This document shows positions 59,585-64,000 of a DNA stretch of 64,000 bases, piece after piece. Numbering within the stretch: the first letter of the stretch is position 1; each line of letters begins with the position of its first letter. The DNA lies in contig CAZLOE010000002.1 in NCBI GenBank assembly GCA_964561115.1, positions 21,815 through 85,814 of the forward strand. Direction: 5' to 3'. The stretch comes from an uncultured Actinomycetota bacterium (GTDB taxonomy: Bacteria > Actinomycetota > Humimicrobiia > Humimicrobiales > Humimicrobiaceae). Made by a program: the position numbers and the translations under genes. The notes beneath the pieces were generated by a model. It was given only the letters and a program-made list of their open reading frames with translations. It did no database searches and was not told where the DNA came from.

Positions 59585-61075
59585 TTGGATAGACTTAGAC
59601 ACCAGCGATTAGTAAAAAAAGCTGAAGAATCCATAGATAAAGTTAAGGATGAAGTGGCGAAAGACCGGTACAGGCTCAAATACCATTTCATGGCACCGGC
59701 ATATTGGATTAATGATCCAAACGGTCTAATATACTTCAATGGTGAATATCACATGTTCTACCAGTACAATCCCTATGCTCCCAGATGGGGGACAATACAC
59801 TGGGGACATGCAAAAAGTAAGGATCTTGTACACTGGGAACATCTTCCCATAGCGCTTGCTCCAAGTGAAGATTATGATTTAGACAAAAGGGGAGGCTGCT
59901 TTTCTGGAAGTGCCGTTGATAATAAAGGAACACTTACCATTATTTATACAGGGGCTGTAAGAAGGGGTGGTAAGTTAATGCAGTCCCAGTGTCTGGCTAC
60001 CAGCACTAACGGTATTATCTTCGATAAATATGAAGGGAATCCTGTTATTCCAGCGCCACCGGAAGAAGGATCTATGGATTTCAGGGATCCCAAGGTATGG
60101 AAGCATGATAATAAATGGTATGTGGTTATCGGATCATGCAAGGATGGAAAAGGTAATGCTTTGCTGTACTGTTCGGATAATTTGAGAAAATGGGTTTATA
60201 TAGGGGTGCTTGCTGAAAGCGACGGCTCCTTAGGAACTATGTGGGAGTGCCCTGACTTCTTCCCAATAGGGAATAAATATGTTCTTATTTTTTCGCCTAT
60301 GGGAATAGTGGGAAAGAACACCTTTTACATTGTGGGAGATATGGACTATAAAACAGCTAAATTCACATGGGATATTATAGAAGAGGTTGACTATGGTTTT
60401 GATTATTATGTAACCCAGACATTCTTGGACGGAAAGGGCAGGAGAATAATAATAGGCTGGATCAATGCCTGGAATTGGATGCCCTGGTGGAAGGGCTTTG
60501 GTTTCCCAGTAGCCAAAAACTGGTGTGGGGCTATGTCGATACCCAGAATTATAGAGCTGGACGATGACAGGCGTCTTAGGTTCCAACCAGTGGAAGAACT
60601 GAAAATTTTACGTGATGTTCACTTCGGGTTGGAAAACACCGAAATAATACCTGGTGTAAGAGTTCTGCCTAAAGAAGTAAGCAACAAATGTCTTGAGATA
60701 ATGGCAGAATTTGAACTTAAAGACTGTAAAGCTAAAGAGTTAGGATTTAGTCTAAAGTGTTCAGCGAGTGAAAGTGAGGAAGCAGAAGTTTCATACAATA
60801 TAAAAGCCAGAGAATTGCGTTTTAGCATGCGACAGTCTGATTCTGGCAGTGAAGGCATAAAGACTTGCAGGCTCGAGTCTGCTAGCAGCAAAACATTGAA
60901 GCTCCATATCTTTGTGGATACTTCCTTTGTGGAAATATTTGCGGATGAGGGGCGCGCTTGTTTGACAAATAATGTATATCCTCAATCTGAGATCAGGGAT
61001 ATTGATCTATTCGCTCGGGGTGGAAAGGTTAAAATGATCTCTCTTGATCTATGGAAACTTAAGTCAATATGGTAA
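59585..61075 (+). CDS. GH32 beta-fructofuranosidase (sucrose-6-phosphate hydrolase / invertase / fructanase-like)
   Basis: WINDPNGL, FYQYNP, RDPKV and EC motifs. TTG start per the track, since the conserved RLKYHF block precedes any ATG. Confidence 0.8.
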   Translation: MDRLRHQRLVKKAEESIDKVKDEVAKDRYRLKYHFMAPAYWINDPNGLIYFNGEYHMFYQYNPYAPRWGTIHWGHAKSKDLVHWEHLPIALAPSEDYDLDKRGGCFSGSAVDNKGTLTIIYTGAVRRGGKLMQSQCLATSTNGIIFDKYEGNPVIPAPPEEGSMDFRDPKVWKHDNKWYVVIGSCKDGKGNALLYCSDNLRKWVYIGVLAESDGSLGTMWECPDFFPIGNKYVLIFSPMGIVGKNTFYIVGDMDYKTAKFTWDIIEEVDYGFDYYVTQTFLDGKGRRIIIGWINAWNWMPWWKGFGFPVAKNWCGAMSIPRIIELDDDRRLRFQPVEELKILRDVHFGLENTEIIPGVRVLPKEVSNKCLEIMAEFELKDCKAKELGFSLKCSASESEEAEVSYNIKARELRFSMRQSDSGSEGIKTCRLESASSKTLKLHIFVDTSFVEIFADEGRACLTNNVYPQSEIRDIDLFARGGKVKMISLDLWKLKSIW

Positions 61076-61112
61076 AAAAGATGGTAAAGCTATTTTTCAT
61101 GGAGGCTTTTCA

Positions 61113-62153
61113 ATGAACAATAGTTCAAATGATAAATTCAAAGATGCAAAAAGAAATATAGGCGAGAAGATTAAGCAAAAACTTCCTTGGACTCCTGAAG
61201 ACATCCAGGATACGGACAGCATTCCCAAGGGTGATATGCCCGGTGATAAAATCAAGATTAGTTCTCAGCATATCCAAAAAGCTCAGATAATTTTCCCGAA
61301 ATTATTAGAACTGCTGATACCCATACTTGATGAAAACCCTTATCAGCGCTCAGTTGTAGCTATTTGCGGGGGATCCGGTGTAGGCAAATCCGAGATTGCA
61401 TCCTTGATATCCTACTATCTCAACTGTATGGGCTTGTATAGCTATATCCTGTCTGGAGACAATTATCCTTACAGAATACCAAAATACAACGATGCAGAGA
61501 GGCACCGAATTTTCAGGAAAAGCGGAATCGAAGGCCTTATTTCACACGGACAGTATATTGAGGAAAGGCATGCCATACTGAAAGAGATCCAGGAAAGCGG
61601 CAATGATTCAAACCCGGATTACGTCAAAAGCTACCCGTGGCTTTCCGTTTACCAGAGCGCGGGCCGGAGTGGACTCAAGAATTATCTGGGAAGCACAAAT
61701 GAAATAGATTTCAAAGAGCTTACAGGAATCATATCCCAGTTTAAAAACGGTGAACCAAGGATATTACTTAAAAGAATGGGAAGAGAAGAGACAGAACTCT
61801 GGTATGATCCTGTTGATTTTAGCGATAAAAATATAATGATTATAGAATGGACTCATGGTAACAGCCAAAATCTTCAGGGTGTAGACATACCGATTCTGCT
61901 CAACAGTACCCCACAGGAAACGCTTAAACACCGCAGGTCACGTAATAGAGACGGCGCAACCGACAGCCCTTTTATAAAAATGGTATTGGGAATAGAACAG
62001 GAAATGCTGATTTGGCAGGCGCCGAAGGCAAAACTGATATTGTCCAGGAGCGGTGAAATATTGGCTTACAAGGATTTTGTCAAGCTTATGATACAGGACA
62101 GATATAGGAAGGGACTATGGATAGCGACGCGAAAATGCCGGCAAAAGCAATAA
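61113..62153 (+). CDS. P-loop kinase-like protein (PRK/uridine-kinase-like NTPase) of unknown specificity
   Basis: Walker A ICGGSGVGKSE. The ATG at 61113 has a GGAGG RBS 7 nt upstream, so I prefer it to the track start at 61044, which overlaps GH32. Confidence 0.45.
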   Translation: MNNSSNDKFKDAKRNIGEKIKQKLPWTPEDIQDTDSIPKGDMPGDKIKISSQHIQKAQIIFPKLLELLIPILDENPYQRSVVAICGGSGVGKSEIASLISYYLNCMGLYSYILSGDNYPYRIPKYNDAERHRIFRKSGIEGLISHGQYIEERHAILKEIQESGNDSNPDYVKSYPWLSVYQSAGRSGLKNYLGSTNEIDFKELTGIISQFKNGEPRILLKRMGREETELWYDPVDFSDKNIMIIEWTHGNSQNLQGVDIPILLNSTPQETLKHRRSRNRDGATDSPFIKMVLGIEQEMLIWQAPKAKLILSRSGEILAYKDFVKLMIQDRYRKGLWIATRKCRQKQ

Positions 62154-63838
62154 TTAAAGCAGGTCCGATGCTTAATGCATACCCGGATAGTATTGGAGGG
62201 ACATTGGGGGATATTGTAAAATTTCTTCAAACTCCCGAACTTAAAGATGTGTTTCAATCATTTTACATACTGCCGAGCATTTTCAATACTGACCTGGACA
62301 GAGGATTTTCAGTTATTGATTATGGATTGAACGAGCTTTATGCCTCACAGGAAGATTTGAAAGATCTGAAAAAACTTGGCATAGCCCTCAAATTTGATTT
62401 TGTATTAAACCATTCTTCAGTACTTTCCAGACAGTTTCAAGATATCTTAAAAAATGGCGAGAATTCAATATATAAAGACTTTTTTATTAACTGGAACAAA
62501 TTCTGGGAAGGCTGCGGTAAAATGACCGATGAAGGCTATATACAGCCGGATAATAAATATATCAAGGATATGTTTTTTAGGAAGCCGGGACTCCCCATAC
62601 TTAAAGTCCGTATTCCTGACGGAAAAGAAGTTCCTTACTGGAATACCTTTTACCAGGAAGTTAAATATGGAAAAATTGATGACCAAGACCTTATGAGGTC
62701 CATGGATTTACAGTATATACCAGCTCAAAAGCTGGCTGATATGGTAAATAAGGCTGTAAGTGAAGGAAAGAAACCCTCCGAGATCGAATTCGGCAGGTTT
62801 GCGTGCTATCGTAAAAATGTAATAGATATGCTTGAATCCAGGCGCAAATACCTGGGACAAATGGATCTAAACATAAAATCTCCATTGGTATGGGAATTTT
62901 ATGAGAATACGCTGGAAAAGCTTGCACAGTATGGGGCGGAGATTATAAGACTGGACGCATTCGCGTACACGTCGAAAGAACCAGGCGCCAAAAACTTTCT
63001 TAACAATCCTGGAACATGGGAGTTGCTGGGACGTATAAAGGTACTGGCTGACAAATACGGGTTGACTCTTTTACCGGAGGTCCATTCAAGGTATGAGAAA
63101 AAAATACACGAAAAGCTAGCCGAAGAAGGTTATATGACTTATGACTTTTTCTTACCAGGATTGATCATAGACGCATTGGAGAGGAATACGAATGAGTTTT
63201 TAATCAAATGGATCAGGGATCTACAGGAAAAAGGCATCAGGGTTGTAAACATGCTTGGCTGTCATGACGGTATACCGCTGCTGGATTTAAAGGGGCTGAT
63301 AGCTGATGAACAGATAGAAAGGTTGATTGAAACTGTTGTTAAAAGAGGCGGTTGTGTAAAGGATCTGCACGGTAAAAAGAATATCTATTACCAAGTAAAT
63401 GCTACCTATTATAGTGCTTTGGGCGAAGATAATGCCAAACTCCTTCTAGCTAGGGCAATCCAGATATTTATGCCAGGAAAGCCTCAGGTATGGTACCTGG
63501 ATCTTCTTGCGGGAGAGAATGACTATGCTGCTGTTGAAAAAGCTGGTCCGGGAGGTCATAAGGAAATCAACAGGACAAATCTGACATTGGAACAGGCTTG
63601 CAAAGCACTTAAGAAGAACGTTGTCCGCCAGCAGCTCTCTCTACTAAGATTTAGAAACAGCTTCCCGGCTTTCGGTTTTGACGCGAAATTTAAAATCCTG
63701 GATTCCGAACCGGAAATATTTAAACTGCGCTGGGAGAATAATGGTTGCACAGCAACTCTGGAAGCAAATTTGAAAACCTATTCCTACAATATAGCTGCAA
63801 CCGATGAAAAGGGCAGGATTGTAAATAATTTCAGGTAA
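62117..63838 (+). CDS. GH13_18 sucrose-phosphorylase-family glycoside phosphorylase, longer paralog
   Basis: 573 aa with the block LNAYPDSIGGTLGDI...ILPSIFNTDLDRGFSVIDY, RLDAFAY and MLGCHDGIPLLD. Confidence 0.7.
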   Translation: MDSDAKMPAKAIIKAGPMLNAYPDSIGGTLGDIVKFLQTPELKDVFQSFYILPSIFNTDLDRGFSVIDYGLNELYASQEDLKDLKKLGIALKFDFVLNHSSVLSRQFQDILKNGENSIYKDFFINWNKFWEGCGKMTDEGYIQPDNKYIKDMFFRKPGLPILKVRIPDGKEVPYWNTFYQEVKYGKIDDQDLMRSMDLQYIPAQKLADMVNKAVSEGKKPSEIEFGRFACYRKNVIDMLESRRKYLGQMDLNIKSPLVWEFYENTLEKLAQYGAEIIRLDAFAYTSKEPGAKNFLNNPGTWELLGRIKVLADKYGLTLLPEVHSRYEKKIHEKLAEEGYMTYDFFLPGLIIDALERNTNEFLIKWIRDLQEKGIRVVNMLGCHDGIPLLDLKGLIADEQIERLIETVVKRGGCVKDLHGKKNIYYQVNATYYSALGEDNAKLLLARAIQIFMPGKPQVWYLDLLAGENDYAAVEKAGPGGHKEINRTNLTLEQACKALKKNVVRQQLSLLRFRNSFPAFGFDAKFKILDSEPEIFKLRWENNGCTATLEANLKTYSYNIAATDEKGRIVNNFR

Positions 63839-64000
63839 GCATTTCATATGAACAAAGTCGGAGATCTGGACATTCTCAAATAACAGTACTTACGCAGTTG
63901 GACGTTAAGCGCCTTGACAAAAAATTTAGACGCCACCACGGTATAATGAGGTATCCAAACTCATATCCTGGGAGGTATTACCATCATGGCGTCTCGACTC

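Noticed and set aside
61044-61112. Kinase gene start at 61044 overlapping the GH32 gene by 32 nt
   Set aside because: The in-frame ATG at 61113, with a GGAGG RBS 7 nt upstream and no overlap, is a much better start.

Overview
This is an AT-rich chromosomal segment from a strict anaerobe, probably an uncultivated, Thermotogota-, Atribacterota- or Firmicutes-like bacterium. I could not pin the lineage from sequence alone. The annotation is by eye from the six-frame ORF track and the raw sequence; no searches were run.

Content in order:
- An oxidative-stress pair: a 5'-truncated superoxide reductase and a flavodiiron protein.
- A DUF2400/TIGR02757 protein, a DUF4214-LCP envelope protein, a MATE exporter, a B12-binding radical-SAM enzyme and a GH130 phosphorylase-like gene.
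- A small membrane-protein gene interrupted by an in-frame TAG.
- An RRM RNA-binding protein gene with a near-consensus sigma70 promoter and a ~290-nt structured leader, followed by a primary-like sigma70 factor.
- A membrane-anchored SGNH/DUF303 carbohydrate esterase and DegV.
- A GT4-GT4-hypothetical-GH130 glycoside-metabolism operon.
- An alpha/beta hydrolase, then a condensation-domain-like acyltransferase with a MATE exporter.
- A sirtuin, a cupin, a polytopic membrane-EEP fusion and an acidic secreted protein.
- A complete apbE-rnfCDGEAB cluster preceded by a COG4091-like dehydrogenase, followed by a PaaI thioesterase.
- A YhaO/YhaN-like (SbcEF-type) phosphoesterase plus SMC-like ATPase pair. 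The ATPase has two transmembrane helices inside its coiled coil.
- A class-I SAM methyltransferase gene.
- A tightly coupled DUF763-PolX-endonuclease III operon, a secreted EEP protein, a ferredoxin-like protein, PCMT and a second, divergent PolX next to a PflX-like radical-SAM gene.
- A REC-PAS-GGDEF-HD-GYP regulator.
- A compositionally distinct sucrose/fructan-type locus at 3' (from the LacI gene at 51964 to the end): LacI, an ABC sugar transporter, two GH13_18 sucrose-phosphorylase-family enzymes, an esterase, a GH32 and an unusual P-loop kinase.

I saw no rRNA or tRNA genes, no CRISPR array, and no transposase or integrase.

Most notable observations:
- The DUF763-PolX-Nth operon, which looks like a base-excision-repair module.
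- Two PolX paralogs within 6 kb.
- The membrane-spanning SMC-like ATPase with its phosphoesterase partner.
- The GT4/GH130 glycoside cluster, with a shared palindromic operator-like site in its promoter region and in the promoter region of the carbohydrate esterase.
- A 39-nt intergenic motif repeated twice.
- The in-frame TAG in the small membrane protein gene.
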